From positions 990,001 to 1,022,000 of the forward strand of contig OY760660.1 in NCBI GenBank assembly GCA_963663995.1: a stretch of 32,000 nt of DNA, read 5' to 3'. Shown here piece after piece: positions 16,348-26,563 of this stretch. The DNA comes from Erysipelotrichaceae bacterium. Its GTDB lineage: Bacteria; Bacillota_I; Bacilli_A; Erysipelotrichales; Erysipelotrichaceae. The notes under the pieces are model-generated. The model was not told the DNA's origin and searched no databases. It saw nothing but the letters and a program-made list of their open reading frames with translations. Within the stretch, counting starts at the first letter, position 1, and each line of letters opens with the position of its first letter. The position numbers and the translations under genes are program-made.

Positions 16348-16707
16348 TTATCTCTCTAAAATATGATCTAAACCCATTTCGATAATCTTTTGGACATGCT
16401 CATCATCCAAAGAATAATAAACATTTTTTCCTTCACGCCGACTTTTTACTAGTTTTGATTTCTTAAGGAGTGCTAATTGATGAGATATCGCAGACTTTGT
16501 CATATTCATGACAGCTGCAATATCACAAACACATAACTCTTCAGTGGCTAAAGATAATAGAATCTTCGCTCGTGTTTTATGGGCAAACATTTGAAAAACG
16601 GACGCAAGGGTATCAATCGTTTTCTCTTCCAGCATTTCTTCTTGGACATGTTTAATGGATTCAGGATGTGTTATATCACATTCACATAGTATTTCACTGT
16701 TTTTCAT
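16348..16707 (-). CDS. cadC: ArsR/SmtB-family metal-sensing repressor, CadC-like
   Basis: The ELCVCDIA metal-site motif lies in helix 3, with N-terminal Cys residues (LCEC). The HTH is MTKSAISHQLALLKKSKLV, followed by the REGKNVYYSL wing. Confidence 0.8.
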   Translation of the reverse strand: MKNSEILCECDITHPESIKHVQEEMLEEKTIDTLASVFQMFAHKTRAKILLSLATEELCVCDIAAVMNMTKSAISHQLALLKKSKLVKSRREGKNVYYSLDDEHVQKIIEMGLDHILER

Positions 16708-16745
16708 AACTTACCCATATCATACCAAATTAATTTGTTTTTTAC

Positions 16746-16795
16746 TTGATAGTTGAATACATTTTCAACTATAATACAATTGAACAATCGTTCAA
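16746..16795 (+). promoter_or_regulatory. Promoter of the HMA/ATPase unit with two ArsR-type inverted-repeat operators
   Basis: TTGATA (16746-16751) - 18 nt - TATAAT (16770-16775). IR1 AGTTGAA-N6-TTCAACT (16751-16770) fills the spacer. IR2 TTGAAC-AATC-GTTCAA (16780-16795) lies just downstream of the -10. Both share the TTGAA(C)/(G)TTCAA half-site. Confidence 0.6.
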
Positions 16796-16809
16796 CTGTT
16801 GGAGGACTT

Positions 16810-17028
16810 ATGAAAAAAACAATGTTACTAGATGGATTAGAATGTGCTAATTGTGCCAATAAAATGGAGCGTGCTATATCTAAACTTGAAGGAGTCAACT
16901 TCGCAAGTGTCAATTTCGCCACAACTAAAATGATTATTGAAGCAGATGAATCTAAAATGGCTGAGATCGTTTCAGAAGCTAAAAAGATTGTAAAGAGTTT
17001 TGAACCTGACACAGAAGTTATTGGTTAA
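16810..17028 (+). CDS. Stand-alone heavy-metal-associated (HMA) domain protein
   Basis: MKKTMLLDGLECANCANKMERAISKLEGVNFASVNFATTKMIIEADE... shows a ferredoxin-like HMA fold with a CxxC metal site. GGAGGA lies just upstream of the ATG at 16810 (the track start at 16753 is TTG). The stop overlaps the ATPase ATG (TAATG). Confidence 0.8.
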   Translation: MKKTMLLDGLECANCANKMERAISKLEGVNFASVNFATTKMIIEADESKMAEIVSEAKKIVKSFEPDTEVIG

Positions 17029-18866
17029 TGAAACTTACTCGTAAACAAAAAAGACAAGTTATGATTTTATCAGGTGCAAGTTTTTATTTAATTGCGCTCT
17101 TTTTAGAATCAACTTTAGGCATTGTATTATTTCTGCTTTCATATTTTATCTTAGGTCGAAGCATCATCAAAAAAGTCCTAAAAAACTTACATCCTTCAAC
17201 TTTATTTGATGAGAATTTCTTAATGTTAGTGGCTACTTTAGGCGCAATGGCATTAAACCAATCAGAAGAAGCTGTCGCTGTTTTACTTTTTTATCAAATT
17301 GGTGAATACTTCCAAGATTTAGCAGTAAACAACTCTCGTAAAGAAATCAATGCTTTATTAGATATCGTTCCTGACACAGCCCGATTATTAAAAGATCATC
17401 AAGAAATTATAGTAGATCCAAGTGATTTAAAAATCGGTGATATTATCTTAGTTAAACCCGGTGAGAAAATAGCGGTTGATGGTGTGGTTATTAAAGGGTG
17501 TTCATCGGTGGATAGTTCGATGTTAACAGGTGAATCGATCCCTCAAGATATTAATATTAATGATAAAGTTTTAAGCGCAAGTATTAACTTAAATTCTTTA
17601 TTAGAAATTAGAGTCACTGAAACAAGTCAAAACTCAACCGTCTCTAAGATATTAGATTTAGTTGAAAATGCTAGTACTCATAAATCAAAATCAGAAAACT
17701 TCATTACCATATTCGCTAGATATTACACGCCTATCGTTGTTTTATTTGCTTTAGCTTTGGCGATAATCCCACCTTTATTACTTCATGATTCATTTAATGT
17801 ATGGATATATCGTGCTTTAGTCTTCTTAGTGGTTTCATGTCCTTGTGCTCTCGTTTTATCTATTCCCCTTAGTTTCTTTGCTGGGATTGGTGGTGCTGCA
17901 CGTAAAGGAATCCTTGTTAAAGGCGGTAACTATCTTGAAGCATTGAGCCATAGTGAGATTGTTGTCTTTGATAAAACAGGTACTCTAACCAGTGGTCAGT
18001 TTGATATCGAAGAAATAGAAACTTTTGGATTAGAAAAAGAAAATGTTCTCGGTTTTGTAGCTCATGCTGAAGCACATCTTTCACATCCTATTGCGACATC
18101 ATTAATCAAAGCGAATGGTAAAGACCTAGATTTGAAGAGAATTAGTGATGTTAAAGATATTGGTGGTCAAGGCATAGAAGCCATCATCGATGATAAACAA
18201 GTCTTGATTGGAAATGCCAAATTATTTAAGACAAAAGAAATCAGTTTAAATAAAATCAGTGATTCATTAACTGAAATATATGTTGCCATTGATGGTATAC
18301 ATGTGGCTAATATTACTTTAAGTGATCAATTGAAAGATGATGCAAAATCAGGCATTCAAGCACTACAAAGAACAAATATAAAAAATATAGCGATATTAAG
18401 TGGTGATAAAAATGAAGCAGCTCAGTCCATTGCAACTTCATTAAATATCAAACAAGTCTATGCTCAACTATTGCCCCATGAAAAAGTAGATAAAGTTCAT
18501 GAACTCTTAAGTCAAAAATCTGCTAAAGGTAAACTTGTCTTTGTCGGTGATGGAATAAATGATGCCCCTGCTCTAGCTTTAAGTGATATCGGTGTTGCGA
18601 TGGGGGCACTTGGAAGTGATGCGGCTATCGAAGCAGCGGATGTTGTTCTATTAACAGATGAAGTTGAAAAAGTAGCCATTGCAATCAAACACTCCAAACA
18701 TGTCATGCGTATTGTTAAACAAAACATTGCTTTAGCGCTTGGGATAAAAATTGGAACTTTAATACTTGCCTCCTTTGGTTTAGCAAGTATGTGGCTAGCC
18801 ATCTTTGCGGATGTCGGTGTTGCCCTTCTTGCCGTCTTAAATGCATCACGAATTTTAAAGAAATAA
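17028..18866 (+). CDS. cadA: P1B-type heavy-metal (Cd/Zn/Co-type) translocating ATPase lacking its own N-terminal HMA domain
   Basis: Motifs present: TGES actuator, transmembrane CPC (VVSCPCALVLS), DKTGTLT phosphorylation site, HP dipeptide (LPHEK) and GDGINDAP hinge. 612 aa. Confidence 0.9.
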   Translation: MKLTRKQKRQVMILSGASFYLIALFLESTLGIVLFLLSYFILGRSIIKKVLKNLHPSTLFDENFLMLVATLGAMALNQSEEAVAVLLFYQIGEYFQDLAVNNSRKEINALLDIVPDTARLLKDHQEIIVDPSDLKIGDIILVKPGEKIAVDGVVIKGCSSVDSSMLTGESIPQDININDKVLSASINLNSLLEIRVTETSQNSTVSKILDLVENASTHKSKSENFITIFARYYTPIVVLFALALAIIPPLLLHDSFNVWIYRALVFLVVSCPCALVLSIPLSFFAGIGGAARKGILVKGGNYLEALSHSEIVVFDKTGTLTSGQFDIEEIETFGLEKENVLGFVAHAEAHLSHPIATSLIKANGKDLDLKRISDVKDIGGQGIEAIIDDKQVLIGNAKLFKTKEISLNKISDSLTEIYVAIDGIHVANITLSDQLKDDAKSGIQALQRTNIKNIAILSGDKNEAAQSIATSLNIKQVYAQLLPHEKVDKVHELLSQKSAKGKLVFVGDGINDAPALALSDIGVAMGALGSDAAIEAADVVLLTDEVEKVAIAIKHSKHVMRIVKQNIALALGIKIGTLILASFGLASMWLAIFADVGVALLAVLNASRILKK

Positions 18867-18889
18867 CAGTTCAAAAGAACTGTTTTTTT
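18866..18889 (+). terminator. Rho-independent terminator after the ATPase
   Basis: ACAGTTC-AAAA-GAACTGT followed by T6, overlapping the stop codon. Confidence 0.8.
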
Positions 18890-18931
18890 GTGATATAGCC
18901 TTATTTACTATCTAAATATATCAATTTTTAT

Positions 18932-18948
18932 ATACCCTATAAGGGTAT
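18932..18948. promoter_or_regulatory. ATACCC-N5-GGGTAT palindrome (CsoR-type operator candidate, or a second weak terminator)
   Basis: The perfect 6-bp arms ATACCC/GGGTAT resemble the TACCC...GGGTA core of CsoR copper-repressor operators. The palindrome is also followed by TTTTATTTTT, so a terminator reading is possible. Confidence 0.3.
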
Positions 18949-19028
18949 TTTATTTTTATCTTTAAAAAGACTATACAAGTGAATATTTTTTTCTTATACT
19001 GTCTTTGCCTAGTATGTAGGTAGGGAGT

Positions 19029-19595
19029 ATGATAATGCGTAAATATTTAATCGCAGGCTTTGTATTTATTGCCGTAGTGGCAGCTGTATTTAGTTTTCAA
19101 TTTCTAAATAGATCAAAAGTTCAAACTGTTTTAGAGAAATATGAACTTGATGGATTAACAGTCATCGAAATGGTCAATGCTTTAGACCAAAGAGTGGATG
19201 AACCAAGTAGTCTAGGTGCTAGTATTTCACCAAACACCTTAACTCTATATGACGATGGTGAAACTTATGATTTTGATTTACCTGTAGATCAGTTCTACGT
19301 TTCCTTTGCACCATACATAAACAATACCCATCCATGTAATCAACATAATTTAGTTTCATGCCGTGGTGAACTTAAAAACGAAACTTTCCATGTTGTCGTA
19401 ACTCATGTAGATGGAACTGTTCTTGTGGATGAAAATCTTACAAGTATGGATTCTGGATTTATTGGTTTGTGGTTACCAAAAGATATCGAAGCAAGACTAA
19501 GTGTTGAATATGATGGATTAAGTGTAGAAATACCTATCGCGACTTTAGATGCTAGTGATACCTGCATCACCACACCTTTACAATTAAAAGCCTAA
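19029..19595 (+). CDS. Membrane-anchored CueP-like metal-binding protein
   Basis: N-terminal signal-anchor helix (KYLIAGFVFIAVVAAVFSF). The central FYVSFAPYINNTHPCNQHNLVSCRGEL and the C-terminal DTC resemble, from memory, the conserved Cys/His region of CueP-family proteins. RBS AGGGAG. The family assignment was not verified by search. Confidence 0.55.
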   Translation: MIMRKYLIAGFVFIAVVAAVFSFQFLNRSKVQTVLEKYELDGLTVIEMVNALDQRVDEPSSLGASISPNTLTLYDDGETYDFDLPVDQFYVSFAPYINNTHPCNQHNLVSCRGELKNETFHVVVTHVDGTVLVDENLTSMDSGFIGLWLPKDIEARLSVEYDGLSVEIPIATLDASDTCITTPLQLKA

Positions 19596-19603
19596 AGAAA
19601 AGA

Positions 19604-19627
19604 GTTGGATCTAATCCAACCCTTTTT

Positions 19628-19629
<2 letters not shown>
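19604..19629. terminator. Bidirectional terminator between the CueP-like gene and GH1 copy 1
   Basis: GTTGGAT-CTA-ATCCAAC followed by CCTTTTTTT on the plus strand and by TCTTTTCTTT on the minus strand. Confidence 0.65.
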
Positions 19630-21145
<1,516 letters not shown>

Positions 21146-21231
21146 TCATTTACTTAATAACTGCAAAACAAAAAGAAAAGGATAAGTTTTTCAAGAATGA
21201 AAGCCTATCCTTTTCAGTATTTTCATTGCTG

Positions 21232-22128
21232 TTAATTTAAAGCAAATATAATCATATAAATTGGAATTGTTATAAACGATAATAAGGTTGATAGATAAGT
21301 TCCTTTAATCGCCAAGTCCTTATTGCCATCATAGATAATACATAACATTGTCACATTACTTGCGACCGGTAAACTAGATAGAACAACACTTACACCTAGA
21401 ATTAATGGGTCTTTAATAAAGAATTGTAAGATGAACCAAATGATGGCTGGAAAAAATACGAGTTTTAGAAATGAAAACAGATATAGCATCTTTTCTTTGA
21501 GGACATCTTTGATATGCACTGCTCTTAAAGTTGATCCAAGCGTAATCATCGCAAGTGGAGATGTAATGCCACCAACATTATTTAAAAACTTAGCAATGAC
21601 TTCTGGAACCGATAAATCTAAACCAAAAATAAGTAATGCAATTAGAGCTGATATAATTCCTGGATTAAGTAGTTTTTTAATATCAAACTTTGAATTTTTT
21701 TGAACCACAGATATCCCATACGAGAATACCATAAGGTTAAAAATAATCATAAATAAGGCAGCATAGAACATACCCGTGGATCCATACATTGTTGAAATAA
21801 TAGGTAATCCCATAAAACCTAAATTTGGAAAAGTTAACATTAGTTTATAAGTATCATCTAGTTTAAAAGATTTCACAAACACTTTAGCCATTAAAGGTAC
21901 CAGCATAAATATAAATGCAGCAATCAGAAGAACAATAAGTGCCGATAATCGGTTATCTGTTTCGATTCCAATTGAAGAGGCAATAATTGCGGCTGGTAAA
22001 GTAACTTTTAACAGAAAATTGGAGAAGTATTTATCAGATGCTGAATCTAGCAATTTTATTTTATTTAAACTATATCCAGTAATTATATAAGCTAGAATAA
22101 TCAACAATGATGTCAGAATATTATTCAT
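21232..22128 (-). CDS. AEC (auxin efflux carrier / MleP-like) family permease, copy 1
   Basis: 298 aa with about 10 TM segments in a 5+5 arrangement and a short central loop. N-terminal pattern ILAYIITGYSLNKIKLLD. RBS AAAGGAGAAACAT-ATG. Confidence 0.75.
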   Translation of the reverse strand: MNNILTSLLIILAYIITGYSLNKIKLLDSASDKYFSNFLLKVTLPAAIIASSIGIETDNRLSALIVLLIAAFIFMLVPLMAKVFVKSFKLDDTYKLMLTFPNLGFMGLPIISTMYGSTGMFYAALFMIIFNLMVFSYGISVVQKNSKFDIKKLLNPGIISALIALLIFGLDLSVPEVIAKFLNNVGGITSPLAMITLGSTLRAVHIKDVLKEKMLYLFSFLKLVFFPAIIWFILQFFIKDPLILGVSVVLSSLPVASNVTMLCIIYDGNKDLAIKGTYLSTLLSFITIPIYMIIFALN

Positions 22129-22221
22129 ATGTTTCTCCTTTGTTAAGTTTCACTGTATTAAATATTTCTTTGATATTTTAACAGTTAAAAAGATAAGTTT
22201 TAAAATAATCTGTATTTTCAT

Positions 22222-23145
22222 TCAAATATTGAATAAAAAGATCAAAATCGGCATTGTGATAATACTAATAGTTGTTGTAGCTAGGTTAATCGCAGCTGCA
22301 TAACTGGGTTGACGATTAAATAATCGACTTAATTGCGTAACCATTGTGGCAGTTGGAGAAATAGTTGCCAGTAAACTAATCAGCAAAATGGTTGGACCAT
22401 TATTTACTAAACTCGAAAGATTTGCATATTTTAGTAAGATTACTATACTTCCCGGAACAACTATCATTTTTAAGAATACGATTAAATATAATCTTTTTTT
22501 ACCCAATAACTCACTCCAATTTGAACCAGCAAAAATCATGCCCAATAAAATCATACTTGTAGGTCCAATCATAGCTGCTATACTACTAACCGTTCGTCCA
22601 AGAATGATAGGTAAACGAATTTGTAGTAAAAATAGAACTACACCTATGAAAATCGCAATGATATTAATATTTGATAATATTTTTCGAATATTAAAAACTT
22701 TTTCATTAGTCATGATTGATAAACAATGACTCCAAAAAAGAAACTGTTGAACTAACATAAAGGCACTCGCATAGATTACCCATTCTCTTCCAAACATTGA
22801 CAACACAAGAGGAATAATCAAGTTTCCAGCATTGGAGTATATTATTGATGATTTTTCAACTGAGTCAAAGTGTAAGAACTTTGATAGAACATTCGTCACA
22901 ACAAGCAAAACAATATGAATAATTATTGCAATAAACAATGCAAATAAAAAACCATCTCTTATAGTATTTGAATACTCAACCTGAAATGCATTTATTAACA
23001 CTAAAGGTGTAATAAGGTATATTGAAATAATTGATAAGATGTGACTATCTTCTGATTTAGCAAGTTTAGACTTAACTAATGCAAAGCCACAAAAAATCAT
23101 TAACATTAAAATAACTATTTCTTTAAATAACAACCAAGCTACCAT
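22222..23145 (-). CDS. AEC family permease, copy 2
   Basis: 307 aa with the same 5+5 TM architecture (MIFCGFALVKSKLAKSED...). RBS AAAGGAGAG. It is diverged from copy 1. Confidence 0.75.
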   Translation of the reverse strand: MVAWLLFKEIVILMLMIFCGFALVKSKLAKSEDSHILSIISIYLITPLVLINAFQVEYSNTIRDGFLFALFIAIIIHIVLLVVTNVLSKFLHFDSVEKSSIIYSNAGNLIIPLVLSMFGREWVIYASAFMLVQQFLFWSHCLSIMTNEKVFNIRKILSNINIIAIFIGVVLFLLQIRLPIILGRTVSSIAAMIGPTSMILLGMIFAGSNWSELLGKKRLYLIVFLKMIVVPGSIVILLKYANLSSLVNNGPTILLISLLATISPTATMVTQLSRLFNRQPSYAAAINLATTTISIITMPILIFLFNI

Positions 23146-23212
23146 AAAACTCTCCTTTAAATTTGTCGATATTATGAATATTTCTGACTTTTATTTGTAC
23201 TATTTAAAAATC

Positions 23213-23257
23213 AAAAAAAATGGAGAAGTTATATAGATTTATTTATGACTTCTCCAT
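23213..23257 (-). terminator. Rho-independent terminator after GH1 copy 2
   Basis: Minus strand: ATGGAGAAGT - 18-nt loop - ACTTCTCCAT (10-bp perfect stem) followed by T8. Confidence 0.8.
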
Positions 23258-23264
23258 CCTTAAT

Positions 23265-24722
23265 CTATTCGATGTTATCTCCAAGAGTTTTTGTTACTTC
23301 TTGAAACCAAGCAAATGAATCTTTCTTAATTCTCTTTAATGATCCATTGCCTCGATCATCCATATCAACATATACAAAACCATAACGTTTTTTCATTTCA
23401 CCAGTAGACAATGAAACTAAGTCAGTATTTCCCCACATGGTATATCCAAGCACAGGAACAGCATCTATGTTTTGAGCTTCTTGAATTGATTTCAAATGAT
23501 CATTTACATATTTAATACGGTAATCATCATGTACACTACCATCATTTTCTAATTTATCAGCAAAACCGAGACCATTTTCTACAACAAAAATCGGCAACTT
23601 ATAACGATCATATAATTCATTCAGAACATATCTAAGACCTGTTGGATCAACAGCCCATCCCCAAGGTGTTTTTTCAACATATGGGTTAGCTTTTCCACCA
23701 GAAATATCCATGATATCAAAAGTCGAATCTTTATCAGCAAGTGACGAACGATAATAACTAATTGTTACCATATCTAAAGTACCTTTACTTAGAAGTTCAA
23801 CATCCCCTGTTTCCATTTTTAGATTAATGTTTTTACGCTCAAAAATTTCTTTAGAGAAATTTGGATATGCTCCATTGGCCATTACCTCGATAAAAAAGTG
23901 TGACTCTCGACGTTTTGTATAAGCAGCAAATATATCCTTAGGATCTGTTGATCCAGGATAAACAGCACTCATCGCAAACATCGCTCCAAAAATTGCTTCA
24001 GGCATTTTCTTCTTACCATCAATAATTGCTTGAGAACTTCCCAAGAAAATATGATGTATTGCTTGATATTTTGTTTGCCAATCTGACTTTAAAGTACCAA
24101 GTTCAGCCCATCCATCTAACGCATTTAACTCATTGAAAGTTAACCAATATTTAACACGATCGCCATAACGATCATAAAGAGTATTTGCATATTTGACATA
24201 GAAATCTATTGTCTTACGTGATGACCAACCATCATATTCTGTACAGAGGTAATATGGTAATTCATCATGACAAATCGTTATCATTGGTTCAATATTATAT
24301 TTGAGTAATTCATTAATCATGTCATCATAAAATGCAAGTCCTGCTTCATTAGGTACTTCTTCAACACCTGTTGGATAAATACGTGACCAACATGTAGAAA
24401 ATCGATAGACAGTCATGCCTAGTTCAGCCATTAATTTAATATCTTCTTTGTAGTGGTGATAAAAATCAGTCGCTTGATGTGATGGATAGTAAACATCCTC
24501 ATGCAACACAACTTGTGCACCATCTGGTATTGATTTTTTCCAGTGACAAGAACCCTTTGTACCATCTGCCATTTTCAAAGTTAATTGACGTGGTGTATTA
24601 ACATCACCAGTTGTAACAAAATCATGTGATAGTAAACCACGGCCACCTTCATTAAATCCACCTTCATATTGGAAGTCAGCGGTAGCTCCTCCGAGCAAAA
24701 ATCCTTTAGTAAATTGTGACAT
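23265..24722 (-). CDS. GH1 6-phospho-beta-glucosidase/galactosidase, copy 2
   Basis: FLLGGATADFQYEGG, TFNELN, FVVENGLG and [37 protein letters not shown]. Confidence 0.9.
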   Translation of the reverse strand: MSQFTKGFLLGGATADFQYEGGFNEGGRGLLSHDFVTTGDVNTPRQLTLKMADGTKGSCHWKKSIPDGAQVVLHEDVYYPSHQATDFYHHYKEDIKLMAELGMTVYRFSTCWSRIYPTGVEEVPNEAGLAFYDDMINELLKYNIEPMITICHDELPYYLCTEYDGWSSRKTIDFYVKYANTLYDRYGDRVKYWLTFNELNALDGWAELGTLKSDWQTKYQAIHHIFLGSSQAIIDGKKKMPEAIFGAMFAMSAVYPGSTDPKDIFAAYTKRRESHFFIEVMANGAYPNFSKEIFERKNINLKMETGDVELLSKGTLDMVTISYYRSSLADKDSTFDIMDISGGKANPYVEKTPWGWAVDPTGLRYVLNELYDRYKLPIFVVENGLGFADKLENDGSVHDDYRIKYVNDHLKSIQEAQNIDAVPVLGYTMWGNTDLVSLSTGEMKKRYGFVYVDMDDRGNGSLKRIKKDSFAWFQEVTKTLGDNIE

Positions 24723-24790
24723 AAATTTCTCCTTTTTTGCCTAGATCCATCTTATAGAAAAACAATCTATTTCTCATTTTTCAATTCCTA

Positions 24791-24807
24791 ATGGAAAGTT
24801 TTTCCAT
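24791..24807. promoter_or_regulatory. Inverted repeat ATGGAAA-GTT-TTTCCAT upstream of GH1 copy 2 (candidate PRD-regulator operator)
   Basis: Perfect 7-3-7 palindrome, 69-85 nt upstream of the GH1-2 ATG. It shares the 11-mer TTTTTCCATAG (24799-24809) with the site upstream of EIIA (26953-26963). Confidence 0.35.
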
Positions 24808-24852
24808 AGTTTAAATCTTCTTTTTTTAATATTTTCGGATGATAATATTTTT

Positions 24853-24882
24853 AAAAAACGTTCTATTTTCACAGAACGTTTT
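24853..24882 (-). terminator. Rho-independent terminator after EIIC copy 3
   Basis: Minus strand: AACGTTCT-GTGAAAAT-AGAACGTT followed by T6. Confidence 0.8.
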
Positions 24883-24894
24883 AGATTAGATTTT

Positions 24895-26211
24895 TTATTT
24901 AGCTGCTTCGATAGCTGCTTCTTTTGCTAATTCTTCAGCATAAGTTTCATCATCTAATTTTTTAATCCATGGGTAGTAACCTACAATTGACCAAGCAATG
25001 ATAGCTGCTTGTAGTAGAGCTGCTCTCCAACCACCAGTAATTAAACCAGAGATAATTGGAGGTGTAGTCCATGGAACTGAAACTGCACCATAGTAAGGAA
25101 CTAAACCAAGATCAATGGCTAAATAAGCTGCAACTGCTGCAACAACTGGAACATAGATGAATGGTAGGAAAAGTTTTGGATTTAAAACAATTGGTGTACC
25201 AAACAAAATAGGTTCATTGATATTAAATAGTGCAGATGGTGCTGCAAGTTTACCCAATGTTTTGAATTGATTTGATTTTGCAAAGAATAAGAAAGCAATA
25301 ACTACACCGAACGTGATACCTGAACCTGTAATACGCCACATAGCATCTACTTGTGTTGTATAAACAGCTGCACCATTTTCAGCAGTAAGTGCTAAACCAG
25401 AGTCTAAGATAGCTTGGTTAGCTAACATGTTAGCTGTAACGATACCTGATGTAATACCACCAACAAGGGAAGCACCGTGAACACCAAACCACCAAAGTAA
25501 TGAAACCATAGTTGAGAAGACGATAACACCGACCAATGAGTCAGAGAAACCCATCAATGGAGTTTGAATGGCTTTGTAAATGAAGTCAACAGCTGTTGAT
25601 CCCATAAAGTTTACAAAGAACACGTTAACTGCAAAGGCAATTGTGAATAAAACTGTACCTGGAATTAAGGCAGCAAAGGAGTTCGCGATATTTGGTGGAA
25701 CACCTTCTGGCATTTTGATTGTGAATCCTTTTGTGAGGAAGTAATCATATTCCATACCTGTTAAAGCCCCGATAATTAAGGCAGAAATCAAACCTTTTGA
25801 TCCCGTATAACCCATTGGGAATACGTTAGCAATTGTTAATGTATCTGTTGCGCCAGATGCTGTTACAGTATGAGGAATTAAAATCATAAATGTAATAACA
25901 GCTAGGATACCAGCACCTAAGCCTTCTTTACCAGCATTTTTAGCATAGTTATAAGCAACTGCGAAAACTGCGATAACAGAAATTAAGTTGAATGTCGCAC
26001 GATACACTTGCATCATGTGATCCTTCACACCCATATCAATAAAGAATTGTTGAATTGGGAGATAAGGGAAGTTAGCTAATAATAAGAAAATCGATCCGAT
26101 GATGGTTAAAGAAATTGTCGCAATCATACCATCTTTGACTGCAGTCAGTGGTCGTGACGTAATTACGTTCATGATCGCTGGAAATACTTTGTCATTGAAA
26201 AATTCTTTCAT
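24895..26211 (-). CDS. PTS EIIC component, Lac/cellobiose family, copy 3 (with cognate EIIA/EIIB)
   Basis: 438 aa with MPEGVPP and FNINEPILFGTPIVLNP. RBS AAAAGGAGAACTT-ATG. Confidence 0.9.
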   Translation of the reverse strand: MKEFFNDKVFPAIMNVITSRPLTAVKDGMIATISLTIIGSIFLLLANFPYLPIQQFFIDMGVKDHMMQVYRATFNLISVIAVFAVAYNYAKNAGKEGLGAGILAVITFMILIPHTVTASGATDTLTIANVFPMGYTGSKGLISALIIGALTGMEYDYFLTKGFTIKMPEGVPPNIANSFAALIPGTVLFTIAFAVNVFFVNFMGSTAVDFIYKAIQTPLMGFSDSLVGVIVFSTMVSLLWWFGVHGASLVGGITSGIVTANMLANQAILDSGLALTAENGAAVYTTQVDAMWRITGSGITFGVVIAFLFFAKSNQFKTLGKLAAPSALFNINEPILFGTPIVLNPKLFLPFIYVPVVAAVAAYLAIDLGLVPYYGAVSVPWTTPPIISGLITGGWRAALLQAAIIAWSIVGYYPWIKKLDDETYAEELAKEAAIEAAK

Positions 26212-26248
26212 AAGTTCTCCTTTTCGCTTTTGAAAAATGACATAAACA

Positions 26249-26563
26249 CTACATTTTGTTATGCAATAACTCTAAAGCTGCATCTAAGACACCTTTACCG
26301 TTTAGTCGACCATAATCTTTGAGCGATATGACACCAACGGGTATACCTAAAGGGCTAGCGAGTTTTAAAGCATCTGCCTCTTTATACACAACTTGTGGTC
26401 CCAGTAAGACCACATCTGCATAGGGAAGCTCATTAATCAAAGAAGTCACTGGGTACGCTTTAATCGCAATATCCAAATTTCTTTCTTTGACACTTTCTTG
26501 CATTTTCATGACAAGAAGTGATGTCGACATTCCCGCATTACAGAAGAGTTTAATCACAATCAT
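26249..26563 (-). CDS. PTS EIIB component, Lac/cellobiose family
   Basis: IKLFCNAGMSTSLLVMKM carries the phospho-cysteine loop. The track start at 26572 is TTG; I prefer the ATG at 26563. Either start overlaps the EIIA 3' end. Confidence 0.85.
   Translation of the reverse strand: MIVIKLFCNAGMSTSLLVMKMQESVKERNLDIAIKAYPVTSLINELPYADVVLLGPQVVYKEADALKLASPLGIPVGVISLKDYGRLNGKGVLDAALELLHNKM

Noticed and set aside
16704-17012. 102-aa minus-strand ORF antisense to the HMA gene and spanning the cadC-pump intergenic region.
   Set aside because: It lies antisense to a well-supported HMA domain ORF and runs through the promoter/operator region. It has no SD, and its Ser/Leu/Ile-rich composition is typical of antisense translation.
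18512-18874. 120-aa minus-strand ORF inside the ATPase 3' region.
   Set aside because: It is the antisense shadow of the conserved GDGINDAP/hinge region. The Ala/Ser/Thr/Pro-rich translation has no motif.
21431-22729. Plus-strand ORFs 21431-21703 and 22346-22729 inside the AEC genes.
   Set aside because: They are antisense to membrane-protein genes. Hydrophobic genes commonly give long antisense ORFs in AT-rich DNA, and neither has an SD.
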